Source of the DNA: Escherichia coli
GTDB taxonomy: Bacteria; Pseudomonadota; Gammaproteobacteria; Enterobacterales; Enterobacteriaceae
NCBI RefSeq assembly: GCF_013122565.1
Contig: NZ_CP053258.1
Length of the DNA: 64,000 bases
Strand: one strand, 5' to 3'
This document shows, piece by piece, positions 28,479 to 43,988 of the stretch; position 1 is the stretch's first letter; each line of letters begins with the position of its first letter. The position numbers were made by a program, and so were the translations under genes. Under the pieces are notes generated by a model, which saw only the letters and a list, made by a program, of their open reading frames with translations, did no database searches and was not told the origin of the DNA.

Positions 28479-30125
28479 ATGTCAAACAAACCCTTTCATT
28501 ATCAGGCTCCTTTTCCACTCAAAAAAGATGATACTGAGTATTACCTGCTAACCAGCGAACACGTTAGCGTATCTGAATTTGAAGGGCAGGAGATTTTGAA
28601 AGTCGCACCCGAAGCGTTAACTCTGTTGGCGCGTCAGGCGTTTCATGATGCGTCATTTATGCTGCGTCCGGCTCACCAACAACAGGTGGCCGACATTCTG
28701 CGTGACCCGGAAGCCAGCGAAAATGATAAATATGTGGCGCTGCAATTCCTGCGCAACTCCGACATAGCGGCGAAAGGCGTTCTGCCAACCTGTCAGGATA
28801 CCGGCACTGCGATTATTGTTGGTAAAAAAGGGCAGCGTGTATGGACCGGTGGCGGTGATGAAGCGGCGCTGGCGCGCGGTGTTTATAACACTTATATCGA
28901 AGATAATCTGCGCTACTCGCAAAACGCGCCGCTGGATATGTATAAAGAGGTGAATACCGGCACCAATCTACCAGCGCAGATCGATCTTTATGCCGTTGAT
29001 GGCGACGAGTACAAATTCCTCTGTATCGCCAAAGGTGGTGGTTCGGCAAACAAGACGTATCTCTATCAGGAAACCAAAGCGTTACTAACGCCGGGGAAAC
29101 TGAAAAATTACCTGGTTGAGAAGATGCGCACGCTGGGTACGGCGGCCTGTCCTCCGTATCATATTGCGTTCGTTATTGGTGGAACTTCTGCAGAAACGAA
29201 CCTTAAAACGGTGAAACTGGCTTCCGCTAAATACTATGATGAACTGCCAACGGAAGGGAATGAGCACGGACAGGCGTTCCGCGATGTGGAACTGGAAAAA
29301 GAATTGCTGATCGAAGCGCAAAATCTTGGTCTGGGTGCGCAGTTTGGTGGTAAATACTTCGCTCACGACATCCGCGTGATTCGCCTGCCACGTCACGGCG
29401 CATCCTGCCCGGTCGGTATGGGCGTCTCCTGTTCTGCTGACCGTAATATCAAAGCGAAGATCAACCGTCAGGGGATCTGGATCGAAAAACTGGAACATAA
29501 TCCAGGCAAATATATCCCGGAAGAGCTGCGCAAAGCGGGAGAAGGTGAAGCGGTGCGCGTTGACCTTAACCGTCCGATGAAAGAGATCCTCGCCCAGTTG
29601 TCGCAGTATCCCGTTTCTACACGCTTATCGCTTAACGGCACGATTATCGTCGGTCGTGATATTGCTCACGCCAAACTGAAAGAGCGGATGGATAACGGTG
29701 AAGGGCTGCCGCAGTACATTAAAGATCATCCGATTTACTATGCGGGTCCGGCCAAAACGCCGGAAGGTTATGCCTCCGGTTCTCTTGGCCCAACGACCGC
29801 CGGACGGATGGATTCTTATGTCGATCAACTGCAAGCGCAGGGCGGAAGTATGATCATGCTGGCGAAAGGCAACCGCAGCCAGCAGGTGACGGATGCCTGT
29901 AAAAAACACGGTGGCTTCTACCTTGGCAGTATCGGTGGTCCGGCCGCTGTATTGGCGCAGGGTAGTATTAAGAGCCTGGAATGTGTTGAATATCCGGAAC
30001 TGGGAATGGAAGCCATCTGGAAAATTGAAGTGGAAGATTTCCCGGCGTTTATTCTTGTGGATGATAAAGGAAATGACTTCTTCCAGCAGATACAACTCAC
30101 ACAATGCACCCGCTGTGTGAAATAA
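28479..30125 (+). CDS. fumA: Fumarate hydratase class I (Fe-S, aerobic)
   Basis: 548 aa, [29 protein letters not shown]... Matches E. coli FumA. Confidence 0.96.
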   Translation: MSNKPFHYQAPFPLKKDDTEYYLLTSEHVSVSEFEGQEILKVAPEALTLLARQAFHDASFMLRPAHQQQVADILRDPEASENDKYVALQFLRNSDIAAKGVLPTCQDTGTAIIVGKKGQRVWTGGGDEAALARGVYNTYIEDNLRYSQNAPLDMYKEVNTGTNLPAQIDLYAVDGDEYKFLCIAKGGGSANKTYLYQETKALLTPGKLKNYLVEKMRTLGTAACPPYHIAFVIGGTSAETNLKTVKLASAKYYDELPTEGNEHGQAFRDVELEKELLIEAQNLGLGAQFGGKYFAHDIRVIRLPRHGASCPVGMGVSCSADRNIKAKINRQGIWIEKLEHNPGKYIPEELRKAGEGEAVRVDLNRPMKEILAQLSQYPVSTRLSLNGTIIVGRDIAHAKLKERMDNGEGLPQYIKDHPIYYAGPAKTPEGYASGSLGPTTAGRMDSYVDQLQAQGGSMIMLAKGNRSQQVTDACKKHGGFYLGSIGGPAAVLAQGSIKSLECVEYPELGMEAIWKIEVEDFPAFILVDDKGNDFFQQIQLTQCTRCVK

Positions 30126-30130
30126 ACAGA

Positions 30131-30154
30131 GCCGCCCTTCGGGGCGGTTTTTTT
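30131..30154 (+). terminator. Rho-independent terminator of fumA
   Basis: gccgccc-ttcg-gggcggt stem-loop followed by a 7-nt T-run, 5 nt after the stop. Confidence 0.85.
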
Positions 30155-30267
30155 ACATGGCACGAAAGACCAAACATTTGTTATCAAATGGTAAATAATG
30201 AGTGAGCTAAAAGTTGCTTAACGAAAGCAAAACAGAAAGAAAAAATTAATCAGGTGAGGAGCAGGCC

Positions 30268-32630
<2,363 letters not shown>

Positions 32631-32672
32631 TTATAGCACAGTCGTGGTGACTTGACCATCGTGCGCGTAGTG

Positions 32673-33974
32673 TCAGGCAGAGGTAAATTGCGGGATGTTA
32701 TGCCATAACGGCCAGCTAAACGAGAAGCGGGCACCACCCAGTTCGCTGGTGTCACAATTAACCGTACCGCCCATTGCCAGTGCTATAGAGTGGACAATTG
32801 CCAGCCCCAGCCCGCAGCCGCCGGTTGAGCGATCCCGGCTGGGATCGAGGCGAACAAAAGGTTCAAAGATATGTTCGCGGTTTTCTGGGGCAATCCCTGG
32901 GCCATCATCCTCAACAATTAATGTCGCTCTATTCCCCGACAGTAGCAGGCTGGTTTCAACCGTTGAATGGCAGTACCGCAGGGCGTTATTGAGCAAATTA
33001 TCCAGCACGCGCTCCATTAAGCGCATATCCAACGCCGCATAATGGCCTTGCACGAGCGTTTTTATCCGTACCGTTTTATCGGGCGTTACTGCCTGAATAT
33101 CTGCTAGATGCGTTGACAGCCACAACGGCAGGTCTGGTTCGCTAAGATGAAGCTCGTTTTGTGGGCGATCGAGTCGGGCATAAGTCAGCAGCTCTTCAAT
33201 TAAAGCTTCAAGTTGACTGATATCACGATTCAACGCCTGGGATTCGGCGGCGCTCAGGTTATCGCTCATCTCCAGTCGATAACGCAGGCGCACTAACGGT
33301 GTTCGCAGTTCGTGAGCGATACCGTCAATAAGCTGTTTTTTGCTGGCAATTAAGGCGTTGATATTGTCCGCCATCTGGTTAAATGCGACGCCAAGTCGTT
33401 CAAAGCTCGAACCCTCATCAAAGTGGATACGTTCATTGAGATGCCCATCGCCAAATCGTTGCGCCGCTGCTTCCAGTTTTAACATATCCTGCCAGTGCGG
33501 ACGCATCCAGATAAACACCGGAAAGGCGAGGGAAATAGCAATAAAAGCGATCAGGGCGATATCCAGCAATCGCATCTGATGGAGATAATAAAGATAAGGA
33601 ACAGGACCAACTGCCAGCACGTAGTGGCTGCGCGGGATACGCTGCAAAAACGTGTACTGATCGTCCAGGGCGACAATTTCGCCGCCACGCAGTCGGTGCA
33701 TGGAAATATCATCAAGATGGTATTTACTCAGTGGCTCGACACGCAGATCGAAAGAGAGATTTAAATCCATCTCTTTCAGAGTCTTACCCCAGTCGTGTGG
33801 GGGGATCTCACGCAATTCGCTGCGCATCAGATACAGCGAACTGTTCATCAAATCATCCAGCGACTGTTTGCCCGCGCGTTCGGCGGTAAATTTGTACACC
33901 AGCCCAACCAGCAGAGACATCACAAGGAAGCAGACAAACAATAACAGGTAAAACTGGATAAACAGTTTTTTCAT
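32673..33974 (-). CDS. rstB: Two-component sensor histidine kinase
   Basis: 433 aa with two TM segments, a HAMP domain, the H-box HELRTPL and ATPase motifs DDGPGI and GGCGLGLAIV. Confidence 0.94.
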   Translation of the reverse strand: MKKLFIQFYLLLFVCFLVMSLLVGLVYKFTAERAGKQSLDDLMNSSLYLMRSELREIPPHDWGKTLKEMDLNLSFDLRVEPLSKYHLDDISMHRLRGGEIVALDDQYTFLQRIPRSHYVLAVGPVPYLYYLHQMRLLDIALIAFIAISLAFPVFIWMRPHWQDMLKLEAAAQRFGDGHLNERIHFDEGSSFERLGVAFNQMADNINALIASKKQLIDGIAHELRTPLVRLRYRLEMSDNLSAAESQALNRDISQLEALIEELLTYARLDRPQNELHLSEPDLPLWLSTHLADIQAVTPDKTVRIKTLVQGHYAALDMRLMERVLDNLLNNALRYCHSTVETSLLLSGNRATLIVEDDGPGIAPENREHIFEPFVRLDPSRDRSTGGCGLGLAIVHSIALAMGGTVNCDTSELGGARFSFSWPLWHNIPQFTSA

Positions 33975-33977
33975 CGC

Positions 33978-34697
33978 TTATTCCCATGCATGGGGCGCAA
34001 AAAGATAGCCTTTGTTACGCACAGTTTTAATGCGATAAGGTTCTGCGGCGTTATCGAGCAGTTTTTTTCTTAACCGCGAAATAGCCACGTCCACGCTACG
34101 ATCCAGTCCGTCATAACTGACGCCGCGTAAATTTTTCAGCAATGCATCGCGGTCCATGATTTGCCCAGCATGGGTAGCTAATTCCCACAATAATTCGAAA
34201 TCAGCTGTCGAGAGCGAGATTTCAGTGTTAGCCAGGGTGACTACGCGGTTGATGGGATCGATGGTCAACGTGCCGAAATGCAGGGCTTTGTAGGGAGTCA
34301 GAGACGTTTCCTGAAGACCTTTGGTCAGTGTGGCTTGCTCATTCTGACGCAAATGCAAACGTAAACGCGCTAGCAAAACAGCAGGGGGCGTCGTTTTGAG
34401 AATATAGTCGCAGGCACCCATTTCCAGTGCCAGGATGTGGTTCATATCGCTATCGAGAGAGGTTAGAAGAACAATCGGTCCAGACCACTTTGCGCGTAAA
34501 TCACGACAAATGGTCATGCCGTCCTTGCCTGGTAGCATGATGTCGAGTAACACCAAATCCGGATTTTCTCGCAAAATGGTTTCTTCGGCCTGGTCGCCGC
34601 GCGGCTCTACGGTAACCTGCATATCATGTTTTGCCAGGTACGCGGCAATCAGTGAACCGACTTCCGCATCATCTTCCACAAATACGATAGTGTTCAT
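33978..34697 (-). CDS. rstA: OmpR-family response regulator
   Basis: 239 aa counted from the ATG at 34697 (MNTIVFVEDDAEVGSL...). It has a receiver Asp (LVLLDIMLPGKDG) and a winged-helix C-terminus. The 259-aa ORF is an extension. Confidence 0.92.
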   Translation of the reverse strand: MNTIVFVEDDAEVGSLIAAYLAKHDMQVTVEPRGDQAEETILRENPDLVLLDIMLPGKDGMTICRDLRAKWSGPIVLLTSLDSDMNHILALEMGACDYILKTTPPAVLLARLRLHLRQNEQATLTKGLQETSLTPYKALHFGTLTIDPINRVVTLANTEISLSTADFELLWELATHAGQIMDRDALLKNLRGVSYDGLDRSVDVAISRLRKKLLDNAAEPYRIKTVRNKGYLFAPHAWE

Positions 34698-34753
34698 AAC
34701 ATTCACGGTAGATATAAAAACGTCACAATACACCGCGCTGTTTTTACTTACTA

Positions 34754-34770
34754 TCAATCGTTTCTAAACA
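34754..34770 (-). promoter_or_regulatory. Possible PhoP box upstream of rstA
   Basis: The minus strand reads TGTTTAGAAACGATTGA. The first hexamer is a perfect PhoP half-site and the second is degenerate at the 5-nt spacing. It lies 57-73 bp upstream of the rstA ATG. Confidence 0.3.
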
Positions 34771-34825
34771 AGTTTTCATCAGGTATTCTACTGATGACTT
34801 GTTATGGAAGTGTTAAGGTAAAAAG

Positions 34826-35161
34826 ATGGGGCTGGTAATCAAAGCCGCGCTCGGTGCGCTGGTAGTGCTGTTGATTGGTGTTTTAGCAAAAACGAAAAAT
34901 TATTATATCGCCGGGCTGATTCCACTTTTCCCGACCTTTGCGCTTATCGCGCATTATATTGTTGCCAGCGAACGCGGCATTGAAGCCTTACGCGCAACCA
35001 TCATTTTTAGTATGTGGTCGATTATTCCCTATTTTGTTTACCTGGTGTCGCTGTGGTATTTCACCGGAATGATGCGCTTGCCCGCCGCTTTTGTTGGTTC
35101 TGTTGCGTGTTGGGGGATAAGCGCATGGGTGTTGATTATATGCTGGATAAAGCTGCATTAA
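34826..35161 (+). CDS. ydgC: GlpM-family inner membrane protein
   Basis: 111 aa with 4 TM segments. The 3' end overlaps folM by 4 nt (convergent). Confidence 0.88.
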   Translation: MGLVIKAALGALVVLLIGVLAKTKNYYIAGLIPLFPTFALIAHYIVASERGIEALRATIIFSMWSIIPYFVYLVSLWYFTGMMRLPAAFVGSVACWGISAWVLIICWIKLH

Positions 35162-35880
35162 CGCAGATGACGACCGCCATCAAGTGGGAAACTGCGTCCG
35201 GTGACAAAGCAACTGGTAAGTAAGTAATCGACCAGGTCGATCACTTCTTTCTCGCCAGGCGCGGTTTTCATCAGTGATTTATTCAGCGCCTGTTGTCGAT
35301 ATTCGGCATCATCATGTTCATTAAACAGGATCAGCGATGGCGCAATAGAATTCACTTTCACTTCCGGTGCCAGCTTGCGGGCAAACGAGCGGGTCATATT
35401 ATCCAGTGCCGCTTTGCTTGCAGCATACGCAATATGTTTGTCGCTACCGCGCTCCACCACATAATCGGTAAAGTGAATGATATCGCTGGCGGCGTGTCCG
35501 TGCCCACGCAGTAATCTTTCCAGCGCATGGTTGAGCAGGTATGGGGTATTAACGTGGATCTGCATCATGCAAGCCAGTACGTCGGCCAGTGGCGCACCCG
35601 GTTTTTCCGCCATCCACGCACTGGCGTTATGCAAAATAGCACGCAGACCATGGGTGCTTTTTAGTACTTCGTCGGCAAACGCCATCACACCGTCGTTGGT
35701 CGAAAAATCAGCCTGAATACACTGCGCACCTGCATTAATCAGTCCATCAATGGCTGGATAGTGCGTCCGATAGCTGACAATCACCGGTTGCTTTTGATTA
35801 ATGAAATGCCATGCGAGGGCGAGGCCGATGCGACGACCACCGCCAGTAATTAATATTGGCAAGGGCTGGGCTTTACCCAT
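35158..35880 (-). CDS. folM: Dihydromonapterin/dihydrofolate reductase (SDR family)
   Basis: 240 aa with ITGGGRRIG and YAASK motifs. Matches E. coli FolM (YdgB). Confidence 0.92.
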   Translation of the reverse strand: MGKAQPLPILITGGGRRIGLALAWHFINQKQPVIVSYRTHYPAIDGLINAGAQCIQADFSTNDGVMAFADEVLKSTHGLRAILHNASAWMAEKPGAPLADVLACMMQIHVNTPYLLNHALERLLRGHGHAASDIIHFTDYVVERGSDKHIAYAASKAALDNMTRSFARKLAPEVKVNSIAPSLILFNEHDDAEYRQQALNKSLMKTAPGEKEVIDLVDYLLTSCFVTGRSFPLDGGRHLR

Positions 35881-35916
35881 CGTTATCTCCTTTGCTATCC
35901 AACGATGGGATGAACG

Positions 35917-37299
35917 TTATCCCACCAGCATCCAGGTCGCCGGAACTGAGGCAATTAACAGCATGCCAATCAGCACCATTTCCTGACGGTTCAGTACATT
36001 ATCATGGGTATGCGTTTTACGCGCGTACAGGAAAACCAGCAGCCCCGGTGCATACAGAACAACGGATAACAGCAAGTGCATTGGACCAGAGGCGTACAAT
36101 AACCATAAGCCATAAATGCAGGCACCGACACCTACCGCTTTATGCAGTGGACGGGTTGCGATTTTCAGCAAGAACGCGCCGACCAGGAAATAGGGCACCA
36201 GAATCATTTCTGAGGCGATGGTCAGCAACGTGTTGTAATCGGAACCGGTCAGCCAGATGAGTACCAGACAAATTTGCACGCAGATGTTAGTCAACCACAG
36301 TGAGGCGGATGGCGCAGCTTGTGCGTTCTGGCGCGCAAAAATGCGCGGGAATGCTTTATGAGTGGCGGCCAGGAACGGAACTTCTGCCGCCATGATGGTC
36401 CAGCTTAAGTACGCGCCGCAAACGGAAACGATCAAACCGGCAGCGATGATGATTTCGCCCCACGGTCCCATCATTTCCACCATCAGACCGGCCATTGACG
36501 GGTTACGAATTTCAGCCAGTTCAGGACGTGCCACCACACCCAGCGAAAGCAGCGTTACCAGCAAGTAAACGCCCAGAGCGGAGAGAACCGCCAGCAGTGT
36601 CGCTTTGCCAACATCACGTTTATTACGCGCACGCGCAGAAACAACCACGGCACCTTCCACACCAATGAAAACCCACAGGGTGATCAGCATGGTGTTTTTC
36701 ACCTGTTCCCACACGGGGACGCCAAGTGCAAGTCCGGTGAAGTCGAGCTTGAAGGTATCCAGTTTGAACATCATCATAGCCAGCACAACAAACAGACCCA
36801 GCGGCAACAATTTTGCCAGTGTCGCCACCAGGTTAATGCTGGCAGCGGTTTGCACCCCGCGCAGGATCAAAAAGTGAACAATCCACAATAAAGCCGATGC
36901 ACCGACGATCGATTGCCAGGTATTACCATCGCCAAACAGGCGCAATTCCGGCGTGTCCGTAAAAAAGCTTAACGCGGAAAAAACGATTACCAGATAGGAG
37001 ACGTTGGCGATGACTGCGCACAGCCAGTATCCCCATGCGGAACAAAAGCCGATTAGCTCGCCAAACCCTTCGCGGGCATAGGTAAAGATACCGCCGTCAA
37101 GTTCGGGACGAATGCGCGTGAGGATCAGCATGGCAAAGGCCAGTAATAAAATACCAGCGCCAGTGATACCCCAGCCGATGAGCAGTGCTGCCGGGCTGGC
37201 AACTGCCGCCATATTTTGCGGCAGACTGAAAACACCCGCGCCCAGCATTGAGCTTAATACCAGCGCGGTGAGTGCGCTCAGTCCCAGTTTCTTTTCCAT
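35917..37299 (-). CDS. ydgI: APC-superfamily basic amino acid antiporter (arginine:ornithine antiporter-like)
   Basis: 460-aa 12-13 TM protein. Matches E. coli YdgI (ArcD homolog). Confidence 0.9.
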   Translation of the reverse strand: MEKKLGLSALTALVLSSMLGAGVFSLPQNMAAVASPAALLIGWGITGAGILLLAFAMLILTRIRPELDGGIFTYAREGFGELIGFCSAWGYWLCAVIANVSYLVIVFSALSFFTDTPELRLFGDGNTWQSIVGASALLWIVHFLILRGVQTAASINLVATLAKLLPLGLFVVLAMMMFKLDTFKLDFTGLALGVPVWEQVKNTMLITLWVFIGVEGAVVVSARARNKRDVGKATLLAVLSALGVYLLVTLLSLGVVARPELAEIRNPSMAGLMVEMMGPWGEIIIAAGLIVSVCGAYLSWTIMAAEVPFLAATHKAFPRIFARQNAQAAPSASLWLTNICVQICLVLIWLTGSDYNTLLTIASEMILVPYFLVGAFLLKIATRPLHKAVGVGACIYGLWLLYASGPMHLLLSVVLYAPGLLVFLYARKTHTHDNVLNRQEMVLIGMLLIASVPATWMLVG

Positions 37300-37435
37300 C
37301 GATATCCAGTGATTAAAACGTGATAAGAAGAATAAATATTAGGGCAAAACGCATAAAAATGGAGTTTGCCACTGAAGCGCGGGATTTTACGAAGAGATGT
37401 GTCTGCATGCAATGGTTGCGGGGAAATTTGTGACT

Positions 37436-37466
37436 AAAAATACGAAAGGCGGCATCAAGCCGCCTT
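37436..37466 (-). terminator. Rho-independent terminator of ydgH
   Basis: On the minus strand the stem aaggcgg/ccgcctt is followed by tcgtattttt. Confidence 0.65.
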
Positions 37467-37484
37467 ATAGGAGTAACTGAATAG

Positions 37485-38429
37485 TTATTTATACAGATCT
37501 GCGCTGACGGTCAGGTTATTACCACGTTCCTGCCACTGGCGGGTGATGTGGTAATACTTAGCACCTTTCTTCGCGGCACGTTTCGCAACCTGATAGGAGA
37601 CTTCGGTCATGTTGCCGTAGTTGCCAGAGAATTTGATGCTGTCGAACGGGACCATCATCGCTGCGGTCGCTTTGTTCAGTTCTTCGACTTTAGTGCCATC
37701 CGGGAGCGTGACAGTGTAACGCCCGCCTTTTGATGACTGGGTTTCAAAGAAGCGACCAACTTCAGAACTTGGTGAAGCGGTAGTCGCAACACCCGGGATC
37801 TCAACTTTCTTCGCGGCTTCGCCACCGGCAGCCAGAGCTGCACGTCCTGCTTCGGAATCTGCCGGGATCACATCCGGGCTCTGGACGATACGTTTCTTAG
37901 CATCTTTTTTATAGATGAATGCAGTAATACGCTGGTTGCCGCCCTGGTTGGCATCGATTTGACGAACGATGTAGAAAGAGTAGGCACCTTTCGCTTTTGC
38001 CGCTTTGGTGATGGCATCATTGACTTCTGGCTGGCTACGATAGAAGCCCTGGACGGTGACCGTGTCAAACGGTTCAATCAGAACAGCCTGATCTTTCGGC
38101 AGTTCGACAACACCGTTAATTACGCGATTACTTGTTTCTTCTGCTTTTTCAGCATCGGCTTTATAGAGGTCAGCGACCACACGCCAGTTACCGCTGTTAC
38201 CAAAATCAGAAGTGTCGACAACATAAAAAGAGGCGGCACCTTCTTTATCTGCGCGACGAGAAACGGCTTTCACCGCTTCGCCAATAGCATTAAAACGACC
38301 GGTAACCACTACACGGTCAAAAGGTTTAACCGCTGCCGCTTGCTCCGGTGTCAGTTCTGTTGCTGCGTTAACGGAGAATGCCGTAGCAGAAAGCAGTGCC
38401 GACGCCAGGAGGGTGTTCTTAAGCTTCAT
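37485..38429 (-). CDS. ydgH: Periplasmic protein with three DUF1471 (YdgH/BhsA/McbA-like) domains
   Basis: 314 aa with the signal peptide MKLKNTLLASALLSATAFSVNA. Three internal repeats of the PFD..V.V.G.....E...A....A...GA..FY.V pattern are visible. Confidence 0.92.
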   Translation of the reverse strand: MKLKNTLLASALLSATAFSVNAATELTPEQAAAVKPFDRVVVTGRFNAIGEAVKAVSRRADKEGAASFYVVDTSDFGNSGNWRVVADLYKADAEKAEETSNRVINGVVELPKDQAVLIEPFDTVTVQGFYRSQPEVNDAITKAAKAKGAYSFYIVRQIDANQGGNQRITAFIYKKDAKKRIVQSPDVIPADSEAGRAALAAGGEAAKKVEIPGVATTASPSSEVGRFFETQSSKGGRYTVTLPDGTKVEELNKATAAMMVPFDSIKFSGNYGNMTEVSYQVAKRAAKKGAKYYHITRQWQERGNNLTVSADLYK

Positions 38430-38889
38430 AAAAATAATCCTTCGCCTTGCGCAAACCAGGTACTGGTATTGTTATTAACGAGAAACGTGGCTGATTATTG
38501 CATTTAAACGGTGTAACTGTCTGCGTCATTTTTCATATCACATTCCTTAAGCCAATTTTAATCCTGCTCAAATGACCGTCTATGCTTAAAAAACAGCCGC
38601 ATCAGCATCAATACTACTGAAGCAACTGAATTGTATAAGTTAATTTAATGTTAAGTAGTGATTCGTGCCGGGGCGATGTCTCGTTTTACCTGACCGTCGA
38701 AGACAATTATCAGTCTTTATCCGGCGTTCTAAGGTATTTATCCCACTATCACGGCTGAATCGTTAATATTTTGCGAGTTCACGCCGAAATACTGATTTTT
38801 GGCGCTAGATCACAGGCATAATTTTCAGTACGTTATAGGGCGTTTGTTACTAATTTATTTTAACGGAGTAACATTTAGCTCGTACATGA

Positions 38890-40485
<1,596 letters not shown>

Positions 40486-40492
40486 GGGGTAA

Positions 40493-41884
<1,392 letters not shown>

Positions 41885-41888
41885 CCCT

Positions 41889-41910
41889 GACGGCCTCTGC
41901 GGAGGCCGTC
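41889..41910. terminator. Hairpin between the convergent genes pntB and tqsA
   Basis: Stem gacggcctc/gaggccgtc with loop tgcg, followed on the + strand by actctttatt. It overlaps the tqsA stop codon. Confidence 0.7.
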
Positions 41911-42857
41911 ACTCTTTATTGAGATCGCTTAACAGAACGGCGATGCTTTGACCTCCCGCTGTTTGTTCAAGCGCAATTTTGACAATAATTGTTAACGGCA
42001 CGGAAAGCAGCATACCCACCGGTCCTAACAACCATCCCCAAAAAATCAACGACAAAAATACCACCAATGTGGAAAGTCCCAGCCCACGCCCCATGATGCG
42101 TGGCTCCAGAATATTGCCGAAGACCAGATTAATCAGCAGATATCCCGCCAGCACCAACAACGCTTCGTAGAAGCCATTAAACACCAGTACCTGAGCGATA
42201 ATCGAGGGCGGCGAGCATCGCCCATGCGACCAGGCCGGTGATGATGCTGATGGCTGTTTTCAGCACCAGATAATGAGACACACTGTCAATCGCACGCTGA
42301 ATCGCCGCCATCCCTTCAACCGGACGCGCCATCATTTGCTGAAATTTTCCGGGCAATTGTGGCACTTCGAGCAGCATAAACAGCACCGTCAGCAGCAATA
42401 AAAATATTGATGACATGGCATTAGATAACTGCGTCAATAAGTTGGTGAGCAACGTCATCGCCGCGTTCGGATCAATGTAATGCGCCAGTTGGTCAACTGA
42501 GACGTCAATCCCTACGCGTTGCAACAACGGCTCAAGAGCTTGCAGCGGCGTCATAATAGAGTTGCGATATTGCGGTAACGTCCGCGTCAACTCGTTGAGC
42601 GCGGAACCCAGATAAGCTAACAGCAACACCATAGCCATCACGATGATGGTCATCAAAATCGACACCGCCAGTACACGCGGCACTCGCCAGCGGACCATGT
42701 GTTGCACCAGCGGGTTAAGAATAACAGCAATAAATAATGCGAGAATAAACGGCACGATGATCTCGGCGGCAAAACGGATACCGCAGAGAATAATGACCAG
42801 CATTCCCAACATAATGACGATTTTTAGGCCATTGAGCGTGATGATCGGCTTTGCCAT
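41909..42857 (-). pseudogene. tqsA: AI-2 exporter / AI-2E (PF01594) family transporter, disrupted by an internal frameshifting deletion
   Basis: Two consecutive ORFs (42177-42857, 226 aa; 41909-42184, 91 aa) match the N- and C-terminal parts of E. coli TqsA. The first is recognisable up to ...WAMLAALD and the second from (I)[11 protein letters not shown]. Together they span 949 bp, against the 1035 bp expected for the 344-aa protein. Confidence 0.8.
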
Positions 42858-43060
42858 GCTTGTCCCCGTTTTTTCTTCCTTGGCTAATAATAATGTCTTT
42901 TTCGCTCCGTCATCATAACGAAAATCAAACCGCTCAGGTAAAGAAGTGAAAATATTTTGAGTTAATTCTTAAGCTATGATACAAATCAGGCGTGTTCAAC
43001 TACCGAGGACAATTATCATCCGCGATGACGAGAAGCAACACTGCGGATAATTGTAATATT

Positions 43061-43162
43061 ATGGACAATTTGTTCAGGACGTTATTTTCTACATTTACCC
43101 ATCTTCGTACCTCATCCACTATCTTGCTCGTAGGTGAGCAGCACTGGCGCAACGCGCTTTAG
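43061..43162 (+). CDS. Candidate leader ORF upstream of mdtJ (possibly the reported mdtU)
   Basis: My hand translation gives MDNLFRTLFSTFTHLRTSSTILLVGEQHWRNAL*. An in-frame ATG at 43025 would give 45 aa. There is no clear Shine-Dalgarno, and it lies in the 410-bp mdtJ upstream region. Confidence 0.3.
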   Translation: MDNLFRTLFSTFTHLRTSSTILLVGEQHWRNAL

Positions 43163-43268
43163 TCCTTTCTTCTGCCAAAGCTTGCGCTAAGCGCGGGGCT
43201 TGACCACTTTACTTTGGTTTCGCTGAATTAAGCGAAAATTAAAATAATTCTCTTGCAGGAGAAGGACA

Positions 43269-43634
43269 ATGTATATTTATTGGATTTTATTAGGTCTGGC
43301 TATTGCTACAGAAATTACCGGTACGCTGTCCATGAAATGGGCGAGCGTCAGTGAGGGAAATGGCGGCTTTATTTTAATGCTGGTGATGATTTCTCTGTCG
43401 TATATATTTCTCTCTTTCGCCGTTAAAAAAATCGCCTTAGGCGTAGCTTATGCGCTGTGGGAAGGTATCGGTATTTTATTTATTACCTTGTTTAGCGTTT
43501 TGTTATTCGACGAAAGTTTATCGCTGATGAAAATTGCCGGGTTAACCACCCTGGTCGCCGGGATTGTGTTGATAAAATCAGGTACCCGTAAAGCGCGTAA
43601 ACCTGAACTGGAGGTGAACCATGGCGCAGTTTGA
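43269..43634 (+). CDS. mdtJ: SMR-family spermidine exporter subunit
   Basis: 121 aa with 4 TM segments, preceded by AGGAGAAGG. Matches E. coli MdtJ. Confidence 0.93.
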
Positions 43635-43950
43635 ATGGGTTCACGCCGCCTGGCTGGCATTGGCAATCGTGCTGGAAATCGTTGCTAACGTCTTTTTGAA
43701 ATTTTCTGACGGCTTTCGTCGCAAAATATTTGGCTTGCTCTCCCTGGCGGCGGTGCTGGCTGCCTTTAGTGCGCTTTCTCAGGCCGTTAAAGGGATCGAC
43801 TTGTCTGTCGCTTATGCATTGTGGGGCGGGTTTGGTATTGCCGCCACGTTAGCCGCAGGTTGGATCTTGTTTGGTCAACGGTTAAATCGTAAAGGCTGGA
43901 TTGGCCTGATCTTGCTGTTGGCTGGAATGATCATGGTGAAACTTGCCTGA
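43621..43950 (+). CDS. mdtI: SMR-family spermidine exporter subunit
   Basis: 109 aa with 4 TM segments. It overlaps mdtJ by 14 nt. Confidence 0.93.
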
Positions 43951-43988
43951 TGAACACGCTGCCCGCGCTGTCGGGCAGCGTTTGAACA

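Noticed and set aside
37959-38507. A 182-aa + strand ORF antisense to ydgH.
   Set aside because: It is a shadow ORF opposite a gene with a clear signal peptide and triple-domain structure. It has no RBS and an odd composition.
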